Shown here: positions 40,022 through 52,241 of the stretch, piece by piece
Numbering within the stretch: position 1 is the stretch's first letter
Layout of the letters: the number at the start of each line of letters is the position of its first letter
Source: Octopus vulgaris
Taxonomy: Eukaryota
DNA: 64,000 nt
Direction: 5' to 3'
NCBI GenBank assembly: GCA_951406725.2
Contig: OX597815.1
Span: 153,202,001-153,266,000, forward strand
Translations under genes and position numbers: made by a program
The notes under the pieces: model-generated
What the model was told of the DNA's origin: nothing
What the model saw: the letters and a program-made list of their open reading frames with translations, nothing else
Databases searched by the model: none

Positions 40022-40704
40022 TACACTTGACTAAATGCAAGATGGTGTTAGAACCATCTGGTGTTACGTCACAACGTTTCATACCACGGAAAAATTTAAA
40101 TATGAATGAGAAACATCCGAGGAATATGAGCAATATCGAACACGCATACAGAGCGTATGTGTTTTGCCAGTTCTATGGTTCTTACACCATATAGTCATAC
40201 ACAGCGATTTAGCTTACATCTGGCCTTGTTTCGAGCATGCGATATTGACAAGTCACAAAAATGACGAAAGGTTGAAATCTATAGCTCCTGTAACTGGTTC
40301 TGATGTGAGTTGAGTTATGTCGTTCGTCCATGAGTCTCCAGGTGTTTTAACATCAGGAAAATTGATAAGAATATATTCTCTTACGCCTATAACTGCAGCC
40401 TGCCCACGAACTAGCAAAACACATATCTTGTGTATGTGTTTTTCATAATGCTTAAATCCCTCTGGTTGTTTCTCATTCATTTTGAATACATATATATATA
40501 TGCATATGCATGTATATATATGTATATATATATATGTGTGTGTGTGTGTTTAAAAATTATACACGAATGGAAAGCCACTAAGTGGTTTTCCAACACGTTA
40601 GAAATGGGAGTTAAATCCTAAACCACGAAAAAGCTATGCTTATTTTAGTACGTTTAATGTAGGCGGGCTGGACAATTTAAAAGACTTCAAAAAAGATTTG
40701 TCAT

Positions 40705-40791
40705 TCCCGTACTTCGAAGTTTCGCCCTTAACGTTTAAATACATTAATTAATTAATCAATGCATCAAACTGTCTATGACTCATCAGTGAGA
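40705..40791 (-). ncRNA. Type I hammerhead ribozyme motif downstream of a PLE ORF
   Basis: UCUCA-CUGAUGA-GUC...GGC-GAAA-CUUCGAAG-UA^CGGGA; intact core, palindromic stem III, one mismatch in stem I. Confidence 0.7.
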
Positions 40792-40839
40792 TTGCTAGGG
40801 ACATATAAATATAAAAACTCGAATACATAACACATCAGA

Positions 40840-41060
40840 CAAGACACACTGCATATTGAGTTTACCTCATTATATATCGAGGAATTCAATTCAAATGTCC
40901 CACATGTATAAATATTTTAATTCTGAGACTCATATAAATTCACTGGTGAATGTTAATTCACTGCTGCTTTTATTTTCGCTTTGGGCGCGCTGTTTGTGGG
41001 ACATTTGAATTGAATTCCTCGATATATAAAGGTGTAAACTCAATATGCAGTATGTCTTGT
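40840..41060. repeat. ~65-bp-arm inverted repeat at the end of the PLE ORF / 3' UTR
   Basis: ACAAGACACACTGCATATTGAG...ATGTCCCACA (40840-40903) vs TGTGGGACAT...CTCAATATGCAGTATGTCTTGT (40995-41060). Confidence 0.9.
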
Positions 41061-41444
41061 AGAAAAAGCTTCGTTTTGTTTATTTAGCAATTGCGGTGAA
41101 TTATGTATTAATATTTGGAAGGCTTCTTTTAGGCATAGTCCACAGGTGGAATGCTGGCCTTGGTATGAGACCCCGGAATCTATTATGGCCCATGCTATCT
41201 ATATGGTACCTTTCTCTTTATTAGATTGTGTATATGGCTTGATAGGGAGGTATATTTGCTATGCCCTTCATACATAAATGAGTTTATATGTGCAGAATAT
41301 CTTTGTTTAAAATTAATGTTAGACCCGATATAGTAGTTAGTAGAATTATGCGATATGTTGTGGACTGCGCATTTGTATACTACGTTAAATCTTCAGCAGT
41401 GGGCTTAAACGTGCATTTGGTCACAGATCAGCAGTTGCATCTAT
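41040..41444 (-). mobile_element. Penelope-like GIY-YIG endonuclease remnant
   Basis: RCNC...NVVYKC...YYIGSNINFKQRYSAHINSF...TSLSSHI...WAII...CGLCLKEAFQI...LLNKQNE, with frameshifts, so absent from the ORF track. Confidence 0.85.
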
Positions 41445-41683
41445 CTGTCCTACGAGTGTTATTTTATTCTATTTTATCCCTTATAAACTGTGAATTTTAT
41501 TCCTTGTAAACTAAAGTTTCCCCATCTAAAATATTCATACCTTGTCTCTGATGACGGAGTATTCAGTGCACCGGTATGCTAACCAACCACCTAAGTATCA
41601 CAGAAACACCTTACCCTAATTGAATTATTCTAAATGACTTGAGATACTCGTTCTGCCTTGGTTTTAATTTTTCCTTTAATAGA

Positions 41684-41730
<47 letters not shown>

Positions 41731-41731
41731 A

Positions 41732-41789
<58 letters not shown>

Positions 41790-41870
41790 GTATATATATA
41801 TATATGTGTATGTATATATATACGCATATATGTATATATGCATATATATAAATACATATGTATATATATA

Positions 41871-42218
41871 CTCTTTTACACTTTTACTTGTTTCAGTCAT
41901 TTGATTGCAGTCATGCTGGAGCACCACCTTTAGTCGAGCAAATTGACCCCAGGACTTATTCTTTGTAAGCCTAGTACTTATTCTATCGGTTTCTTTTGCC
42001 GAACCGCTAAGTTGCAGGGCGTAAACACAGACACGCAAACATATACACACACATACATATATTTATTCATATATATACATATATGCCAAATTCACTCACA
42101 AAGCTTTGGTCGGCCCGAAGTTATAGCAGAAGACACTTGCCATGCTGTCACGCAGTGGGAATGAACCCGAAACCATGTGGTTGGCAAGCAAGCTACTTAC
42201 CACTCAGCCACTTCTGCG

Positions 42219-42221
<3 letters not shown>
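41871..42221 (-). mobile_element. SINE family A with internal deletions
   Basis: Homologous to 2950-3360; between (TA)n arrays. Confidence 0.85.
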
Positions 42222-42291
<70 letters not shown>

Positions 42292-42549
42292 ATATATATA
42301 TTAAAATGTTGTGGTTTGCTTGAAGCATTATATATATGTGATGTTATTAGAGTTAGAAGGCTAAACATTGAAAAACGGACCTTTATTGTTGTTACTGTTG
42401 GTCTTTTATGTGTCCAATATTTCGGGACCTAAAAGTCCTGTTATCAGGGTTTGCATTTTTGGGCCTTGTAATTCTTTCAGTGTCATACATATGTATACAT
42501 ACGTACATATATATACTTACATATATACATACACACGCACACACACACA

Positions 42550-42629
<80 letters not shown>

Positions 42630-45600
42630 TATACATATACATTGGAGAACGAAAACAAACTCAAAGGCCAAATGGCCGTACACAGTACATGTATTAGTTT
42701 GACGTTTGGTGAAAGTTTCAGATGGAAAATTACAAGTAAAAATATGACGGCTCGAGTATGAATCTTCGTCTGATAGTGGAAGAAAATCCAAAGGAGAGGA
42801 GAAGAAGGAAGGAACTGATGGTCAGGAGAAAAGAGCTTGTGTCGCTACATTCTAAAAAAAATAATAGAGCATATTTGATTTAAATGTGTCCGATTATCAT
42901 ATATACCGGATGTTCGGGCCAATATTTGTCAATTTGCATTAAAAATAATGAGAACAATATCCCATCCAAAAATAAGATGGAGCTCCAGAATGGCTGCAGT
43001 CCAATGACTAGAACAAATAAAGGACGTACGATAATGTATAGAACAAGGAGGTTGGGAGCTTGTGATGCGCATGCCATGAAAATGTTCTATTAATTCATAA
43101 TTGGTGGATGATGGCTTCTCTATCATCCGGAACTTAATATTACAGACCACTACATTTTCTACTATACAATATTACAAAGAGAATCAAAGGGATTCATTAA
43201 ATTGCCGCTCCATTTGTTTGAAGTAGCAGTCAAATCTCACTGAAATCACATTATACTGTCTAAAAATAGAAAGAAATTAAACAAAGTAGTTCTTGACAAA
43301 AAAAAAAGGAAAAACAAACAGGATGGTCCTCGCTGGAACGTCTTTGAACATAGATTATCTGATACAGAACTACAACTAGCGACAACTCCAACAGCATAAA
43401 CAATAATAACTAGCTAATAATGTTTTTGATTGAGGCAGAAAGCCTAAGATAAAGAGAAAGAGATTGCGTGAAATGATTTTTTTCCCCTAAAAGTAATAAT
43501 GATGAAAGGGAGAGTGAATTAATCAGCTTTTATTTATTCAAGAAACGTATCAGAGTCACAAATTGCAATGACTGGGAATTTACCTCTAGTCTATTGAATT
43601 ATTGACTATATTGATGATTTCGTTAGATACAATATAGGGAGAAAGAGAACAGGGTAATATAATCGACAGGATCACCTTCATATGATAATTCACGAAGAAA
43701 TGCGAGACAAGGTCGATCCAGGCAGTATTTTAGCTGAGAACTTAAAGGAACCTGACTAAATATTGTTATGTTTAGTTCATCGTTTTACTGTTTCAAGCTT
43801 GTACCAACGTGCCACTCTGATGGCGACTAGAATAACAAATAGCTTGAAGCAAAGGACTCAGAACTTGAGATTTATTGTTGATATTATTCAGAAAATTATA
43901 GATTAAGCAGAGGCCCTAAAGGTGTTGCTGAAATTCGAGACTATTCAGCGTCGGTCAAGATACTATCTTGTTAGGAGATTATATATTTTTTATTACAATA
44001 TAAAGCAAAGTTACAGTATGACGATTCAAATACCCGTAATTGAATTACTGAACTGAAAAGGAAGATAAATTTCAACACCCTTAGGCAGTAATAAAACGCA
44101 TTTAAAGCTGGCAGGAACCAATAGGTTTTACAGAAATCATACAAAGTGTTCAGAACCAAATATATTTTCACTGACAAACTGGTTAAAATACTATGTATTA
44201 TAATAAACAATCCGTACATAAGACAGGGAACCATTTTTCCCACTACAAAGAAATGAGAAAGCAAAAATCCCTTAATATAATTGATTATCTGCAAACTTTT
44301 TCTGTGATATATAAACTCTTGACAGCTATTATTAAACAATGAATTTGCCTGTGTAGGAAGAATTCCGTCATTCTAGAGAGCTACAAAAGTTGTCAAAGAG
44401 GATCACAGAGTGTTAAAAATATACTTCTGGAATTATCTTTGAAATTGTTTTATACAGCCTAGAGTGATTAACGGAAGGCATTTAGTAATAGTTTTCGTTT
44501 CTAGAATTGGAAGATTTTTCATTTATAGAAACGTTTTTTTATGTTATTACAAAATCTTCAGAAGCCAACTTGTGCTTGATTATGTTAGTCTTTCGATGAA
44601 TACATCAGAAGAGCAGTAGAATGACAAAGACGATGACAAGCTTAATATTTTTGCTAAAAATAACATTGAGCTCAATGATTTCTTTTTTTTTTTTTAATAA
44701 CAAATAAATGCTGCGATGCCAGAGACGCTCTTCAACAGAGAATGTGGAATTGTAACATGAAGAACTTACAAATGTATGTCATAAATACAGGGCCGTATTT
44801 AAACCTGGTTGGACAAGAATCACATGAAGATCGTTGATCACTATTTATGATAAATGATTAACAATGAAAAATTTAGGAAGTTCTAAAATTCAATAAAGGG
44901 TTCAATAGAAAAAAAAACACTTGTTACGTCAGTTTTCTGTGATCGATTTAATTGACGATACCCATTCGCCAAAAGAATCCCAGGTCTTTAGTGAAAGACA
45001 AACATCAATAATTAAAAGTGGGGTGTGTTAGTAAAATCGTGAGAACTACGGGAAAAAATCCTTGTGGGATTCAGTTACAGATTTTTACATTGAAAGTTCA
45101 CATTCTGCTGAAATTATCCTTGCTTTTTATCGGTCAATAAATAAAATACTAGTCAAGTGTTGGATATAAATAGTTAAAGCCTCCCTCAAAATGCGTGTTC
45201 TTGTGTTTATGCAAGAAATCAATAATTAAATATATGAAGCTCAGTGTAAATGAAGGGAAATATTCATAAAGTATTTTACTAATAAGAAAATGTTGATCCT
45301 AAAAACCAGCCGTAACTGTTTTTTTCGATTTGTTTTTTTTTTTTTTTTGCCTACAAATATTTTGGTTCTACTGTATTTTTCGGTGTCATTAAGTGATTCT
45401 TACAAGTGATATGCGGAACGTACGATAAAAATGATAAGTTATCTATCTGACTCACACTTACATCAAACATAGTCAAACAGTCGACCATTTGAATGATAGC
45501 TGCACTACCTTAGCTAAAATATATTTATGGAATTCTCGGTTATAACAATCAAAGCTCACTTAAAGCTAAATATGTTATCTTGTCATTGAATTTTCAACAG

Positions 45601-46081
45601 CACTTCGATTCAAGTTGACAGAGCGAATAAACTATATATAGCAGCAAAGAATAAAACGGACACTTAAACATACATATTAATGATAAGTACTTCGAAGAGA
45701 AATGTTTCCAGTTAAGCTTAAAGACCGGGAAATTAGAATAGCTAAATTGTAGTGGAATTAATAATATTCGTGTCATCCCTAACCACACTTCTTTTGTTTT
45801 TCGCAGTATCATTAGAGATATGATAATCCCGTGAAAAGGCATTTGCAAATCATTTACTCATGTTTATATATCTTTTAGTTGTTCCTTTAGTTGCTGTTTA
45901 GAATTGTAGTAATAGCTCCTGTTTAATTCTCTGGATGACGGCATAGATTTATAGAAGTAACATGCAAACAGACGTACATACATTCATTCATACATGAATA
46001 CGTACATACATACATATATGCATGCATGCATGCATATATACAGACAACATTAGAAACAACAACAACAACAACAACAACAGC

Positions 46082-46126
<45 letters not shown>

Positions 46127-46377
46127 AATAATAATAATAATAATAATGATAATAAAATTGATCTCATGTCCACATCCTTTGGCAACCTGAAAATATATAA
46201 TTCTCTTAAAACGTTTTCAATGCTTAAATATCACAAATTTAACAGAATCTTATTTTTCAGATTCTTGTTTCTTTTTCCTACTATATAACAGTGCTAATCA
46301 TTAATAATACCCATCATGTGTTACTTGAGTTTCCTGAATGAGATTTGGAACAACTGGTATAAAACAAAGAAGAAACA

Positions 46378-46451
<74 letters not shown>

Positions 46452-48303
46452 TCCAGGGAGACACGCTCTCTCCACTCCTTTTCTGCTTGGCACTCTCACC
46501 TCTATCTGATATGCTAAATAGAACTGGGTGCGGATATAAATGTTACGGCAAAACGATCAGCCACCTTTTATATATGGATGACCTAAAATTATACGCTGCA
46601 AATGACAAACAGCTGGAAACACTATTAAAGACAGTTCATGGATTTACCAAAGAAATAGATATGAAATTTGGATTAGAAAAATGCGCCAAAGTAACCATGA
46701 AAAGAGGAAAACTAGTTAAGAGTAGCAACATCACACTAGATAAAACCAATGAAATAAAAGAATTAGACCAAAGCCAAACTTACAAATACTTAGGAATCCA
46801 TGAACTAGATAAGACACAACACACACAAATGAAAGAGAAAATAAAAAAGAATATTATAGACGAGTTAGATCAATACTAAAAACAGAGCTCAATGCTAAAA
46901 ACAAGATAATAGGTATTAACACTTTAGCTGTCCCAGTTATAAGTTACAGCTACAATATCCTTAACTGGACTCTAAATAAACTGACCAAAATAGATAGGAA
47001 AACAAGAAAAATAATGAAAGGATCTAGGATGCATCACCCAAAATCTGACATAGAAAGACTATATATATACAACGTATAGAAGATGGTAGAGGCCTTATAC
47101 AGCTGGAAAACTACTATAAAATAACCACCATAGGACTGCAAAACTTTCTACTTCACAAGGAAGGAAAACTGATACAAATAGCGGCAAAACACGAGCAAAA
47201 CAAAAAACTGCTCTCAGTATTTAAGGAAGCTGACAAATACAAACAAGAAATCATACCACATAACAAATATGAAGAAGAAGAAGAAGAAGAAGAAGAAGAA
47301 GAAGAAGAAGAAGAAGAAGAAGAAGAAGAAGAAGAAGAAGAAGAAGAAGAAGAAGAAGAAGAAGAAGAAACAATAAAAGCTATAAAACAAATGAAATCCA
47401 AACTAAAACTAGAACAGCAAGGAACCATGATAAAACGATGGCAAGAAAAGCCTCTTCATGGTAGATACTGGACTAAACTAAATGCAAAAGAAATAGACAA
47501 AGAAAAATCCCAGCAATTGTTGAGAAGCTCAGGACTCAAAGCAGAAACAGAGGGATTTTTAATTGCAGCACAAGACCAAAGCCTCCCCACCAAAAATTAC
47601 CAAAAACATGTAATGAAAAGAAATATATCAAGTAACTGCAGAATATGTGGAGATGGACAAGAAACAATAAATAATATTATCTCTAGCTGCCCAGTCTTGG
47701 CTAAGAAGGAATATATTCACAGACATGACAGAGTTGGAACCTACATACATTGGAAGCTATGCCAACATTATGGAATAACAACAGAAAAAAGATGGTATAG
47801 GCACACACCAGAAAAGGTCACAGAAAACGAGAAAGCAACCATACTCTGGGATATGCCGATACACACAGATAGAGAAATTAAGGCCAACAGACCAGATATA
47901 GTTGTCAGAGATCATGAAGAAAAAAATGCTTTCTAATTGATGTATCAATACCGGCTGATGACAATGTGTCTCTAAAAGAAATGGAGAAACTCTCAAAATA
48001 CAAAGACCTGGAAATAGAGGTAACTAGAATGTGGAATCTGAAAACAGAAACAATTCCTATCATAGTAGGTGCATTAGGCATGATAAAAAAATATTCAGAC
48101 AAATACATAACAAAAACACCAGGACTTACAAACACATATAACATACAGAAAATTGCACTACTAGGTACTGCACACATCCTACGCAGAACACTTTCCATAC
48201 AATAACCATCAGAGCATCACAACAAATCACAGCACATACCCAAGGCAGACAGAGCTGTGCTCGGTAGTGAAGTGAAAGCACGCTATAAAAATAAAACTAC
48301 TGA
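46452..48303 (+). mobile_element. R4/Dong-like non-LTR retrotransposon, 5'-truncated within RT, in (TAA)n
   Basis: FQGDTLSP, LLYMDDLKL (RT); CRIC...SSC zinc knuckle; RHD; NRPDIV..D..EKLSKY (REL); 3' UTR then (TAA)n. Confidence 0.95.
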
Positions 48304-48343
48304 ATAATAATAATAATAATAATAACAATAACAATAATAATAA

Positions 48344-48773
48344 ATGCCCTGATGCAGTACCAGACAGTGGCTTTCATGGCTTCTTATCTTAATTGATTGG
48401 AAATGTTATCATGTACATTGTATTGTCTTGGTATAAAAGATGGGCTACAACAAATATTCTGCTCAATATCAAACATTTGCTTGCCAGTTGTTTGACCTTA
48501 ACCAGTTGAGCATGTCCCTTAGTGGCTGACGAAATTTGCATCCCTGATCACGAACAGAAGTAGTAGGGGAGCGTCATAGACACTTGTTGAAAGGAATTCG
48601 TTGGAGTTTGGATAATTCACCTCTGGAAACATGAGATCACTATGTCGCGTACATATGGTTGTGATGCACGTACCTAGTGTACCCTTATCAAACGGGTAGT
48701 TCTGATGGGTATACTGGGATTCGTATATTTGTATCCCAGTGTCACTTTGATGCCATGCACCGCTCTCTCACTC
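48344..48773 (+). mobile_element. ~550-bp (TAA)n element with an internal deletion
   Basis: ATGCCCTGATG start and CTCTCTCACTC(AAT)n end; middle deleted at ~48632. Confidence 0.85.
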
Positions 48774-48817
<44 letters not shown>

Positions 48818-48876
48818 CGATGACGATGACGATGCTGCTGCTGCTGCTGCTGATGATGATGATGATGACGACGATA

Positions 48877-48919
<43 letters not shown>

Positions 48920-48929
48920 GCCTTTAAAA

Positions 48930-50536
48930 AAAGGCGTTTCTGCCTTTCTCTGACCACGTTAACTAACTTTTTAAACGAAACCACCATGGGTTAAAGGTGC
49001 TATGGACAAAAGATAAAACATCTCCTGTACATAGATGCCCTAAAACATTATCAAAATTGTCCAGAGTTTTAGCAAGGACATCGAAATGAGCATGGAATTA
49101 GCTAATATTAAACACTGAACGCTAAAAATAAGATAATAGGGATAAACACGCTAGCCATACCAGTAATAAATTAGAGCTTTAACATAATAAACTGGTAGAT
49201 CAGTGAAATGAGAAACCTAGAGATAAAAACCAGAAAACTATTAACAGCGTACCAAAGTCATCATCCCAAAGTAGACACAGACAGAAGATATCTATCCCGC
49301 TACGAAGGAGGCCGTGACCTGATACAGATAGAGGACTACTATAAAGTAACAACAGTTGGACTAGGAAAGTGCTTAGAGACAAAGAGTGGAAGACTACTAC
49401 ATGTAGTAAAGTAACACGAGAAAAAGAAAACGCTTTTCTTTATAGACAAGGAGGCGACAAAATGCAAAACAGAAACAAACTACACCGACGCACTGACATC
49501 AGATGACAACATAACAGAAATGGTCGACGAGGCGAAAAGCTACATGAAAACAGAATTACAAAAGATACTGAAGAAAAGATGGAGAGAAAAATCACTCCAT
49601 GGCCAATACCCTGCAGGGCTTGACAGAGAGGAAGTGAGCCTAAGTAAAAACCAACACTGGCTCAAAAGCTCTAGGCTAAAAGCTGAAATGGAAGGACTGA
49701 TTCTTGCTGCACAAGACCAATGCCTGACTACAAACAATTATAAAAACAAAATAATGAAAACAAGTCTGAATATACATACAGACTCAACAGAGTAAGCAAT
49801 TATATTGTCTGGACAATATAATATTGTCCTCTGGACAATATGCCAACATTACAACATTAAAACTAACAATAGGTGGTATGAGCATGGTACACGGTACCAT
49901 ACAAGACCACAATCATCTGAGATATGCCGGTTCACACCGACAAAGAAATAAAAGCAAATTGCCCAAACATAATAATCAAGGCTTGCTTACTGACAGACGT
50001 TGCCGTCCCTTCTGATCAAAATATTGTCAAAAGAAAAGTGGAGAAATTGTCAAAGTACAAAGATCTCGAAATTGAAGTATTCAAGATGTGGGGCATAAAA
50101 GTAAAAATAATACCGATAATAACTGGAGCATTGGGCATGATAAAAAGCATATGAATAAAAACGTAGAAGCTATATCTGCAACTCAACACTACACACTGTT
50201 AAAAAATAGCCCTGCTAGGAACAACCCAGATTCTATGCATGGCACTATCAATCCAATAATACAACCTAAACAAAATAACCTACAAATACAAGACACACTC
50301 TATACAGCAATTACCTAGTGAAATAAACTCCCACAAGCAAGCTAGAAACCAATGCATTACACACTCGAACACACAATACAAACAATAACACAACAAAAGA
50401 CTGCACCACACCTCAGGAGGAAAAAAAAAACTAACATAATACAGTACCGGGAAGGTTTTACACATTCAACAGTAGAAAAAAACATACAATGTTACGCACA
50501 CCCCACCAACACGAAGGTGATGTAGTAGAAATTTGC
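48930..50536 (+). mobile_element. Degraded R4/Dong-like LINE, another subfamily
   Basis: HHPKVD.DRRYLSR.EGGR, WREKSLHGQY, LKAEMEGLILAAQDQ, DVAVPSD...EKLSKYKDL; (TAA)n tail. Confidence 0.85.
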
Positions 50537-50537
50537 C

Positions 50538-50579
<42 letters not shown>

Positions 50580-50643
50580 CAACAACAACAACAACAACAG
50601 CAACAACAACAACAACAACAACAACAACATTATTATCATTATT

Positions 50644-50780
50644 ATCACCATGTCACGCACATATGGTTGTGCTGCATGTGCCTGGTGTGCCCTTATCAGA
50701 CACGTAGTCACGATGGGTATACTGGGCTTTGTATATTTTACCCCAGTGTCACTTTGATGGCATGCACTGCTCTCTCACTC
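50644..50780 (+). mobile_element. 3' fragment of the ~550-bp (TAA)n element
   Basis: Near-identical to 51348-51484. Confidence 0.85.
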
Positions 50781-50875
50781 AATAATGATAATGATGGTGG
50801 TGGTGGTGGTGGTGGTGGTGGTGGTGGTGGTGGTGATGGTGATGGTGATGGTGATGGTGATGGTGATGATGATGG

Positions 50876-50909
<34 letters not shown>

Positions 50910-50933
50910 AATGATGATGATGATGATGATAAT

Positions 50934-51484
50934 ATGCCCTGATGCCGTACCAGACAGTGGCTCTCATGGCTTCTTATCTTTATTGATTGGAGGTGTTATC
51001 ATGTACATTGTTTTGTCTTGGTATAAAAGACGGACTACAGCAAATATTCTGCTCAATGCCACAGATTTGCTAGTCAGCTGTTTGACCTTAACTAGTTGAG
51101 CATGTCCCTTAGCGGCTGGCTATAGGTGCATCTGATCACGAGTAGAGCGGGGGAGCATCATAGCCATGTGTTGAGAGGGATTCTTTGAGGTTTAGATAAT
51201 TCACCTTCTGAAACATGGGTGTTTCGTTCAACATCTTTAAAAAATTCTTATTCAGGGGACCTTTTGAGTGGGATGGGCTACTCGAACTGAAGAGAATTCT
51301 AGCTGGGCCCCACCTGCAAGGTCATGCGCTGTTAATCCTGATATGAGATCACTATGTCACGCACATATGGTTGTGATGCATGTGCCTGGTGTGCCCTTAT
51401 CAGACACGTAGTCACGATGGGTAAACTGGGCTTTGTATATTTTACCCCAGTGCCACTTTGATGGCATGCACTGCTATCTCACTC
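50934..51484 (+). mobile_element. Full-length ~550-bp non-coding (TAA)n-inserted element
   Basis: Five copies in the window; same 3' end before (AAT)n in four; contains ATTGG (50986) and TATAAAA (51022). Confidence 0.85.
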
Positions 51485-51485
51485 A

Positions 51486-51610
<125 letters not shown>

Positions 51611-51625
51611 AATAATAATAATAAT

Positions 51626-52241
51626 GATTGAACCAAGAAACGAAAAATGTCAGTGAAATTCTGAAATACATCAAAGCAAAAAACATCACAGAAACAAAAT
51701 AATTTGATCAAGGCAGCAAGTATTGCTGTAGCAGAAAACGTGGGTGTTGATGTCAAGAAAAAGAAATATAATGGGAGTGACAAAAGAGCCATCGTAGCCT
51801 ACAGTAGCCTACAGAGAGGGTTAGACATGCTCTCAAGAGAAATCTCTGTGTTAGACCGAAAAGAGAAAGGGGAGCTTAAAAGCGAACAAAAATACAGGGC
51901 GCTGAAAAGGAAGTATAATATTGGAAGAAAGGGCCTGAAAGTAGTAATGGAGGAACTGAAACAGCGCCTCGTTGCAAAGAAAGCAAAGATGGTAAGATAC
52001 GACCAAAGAAAGAAGGGCTACCACCAGAATAGGTTATTCAGAGTAGATCAGAAGGGATTCTGTAAAGAAATAAATGGAGAATGTACAGATGAAAAGTTGA
52101 TACCAGATAACAATGAAAGCCAAAGGTTTTGGAGTGATATCTGGAGCAAAGACAAGGAGCACAAGAAGGATGCTGAATGGTTGCAAGAACTGAAACAAAC
52201 AGTAGTCTGCCCCAAACAGGCAGAACTAGTCATCGTGATGT
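51626..52241 (+). mobile_element. R4/Dong-like ORF fragment upstream of the RT domain
   Basis: ELKQRLVAKKAKMVRY...QNRLF..DQKGF...FWSDIWS...AEWL. Confidence 0.75.

Noticed and set aside
41544-41620. Hammerhead at CTGATGA...GAAAC
   Set aside because: No pairing stem III/GUH or stem I 3' strand; too degenerate. Similar weak hits at ~775-890, 26165-26250 and 36745-36775 were also dropped.
50934-51000. HDV-like ribozyme at the 5' end of the 550-bp element, as in R2/R4 elements
   Set aside because: Could not build the nested double pseudoknot by eye.
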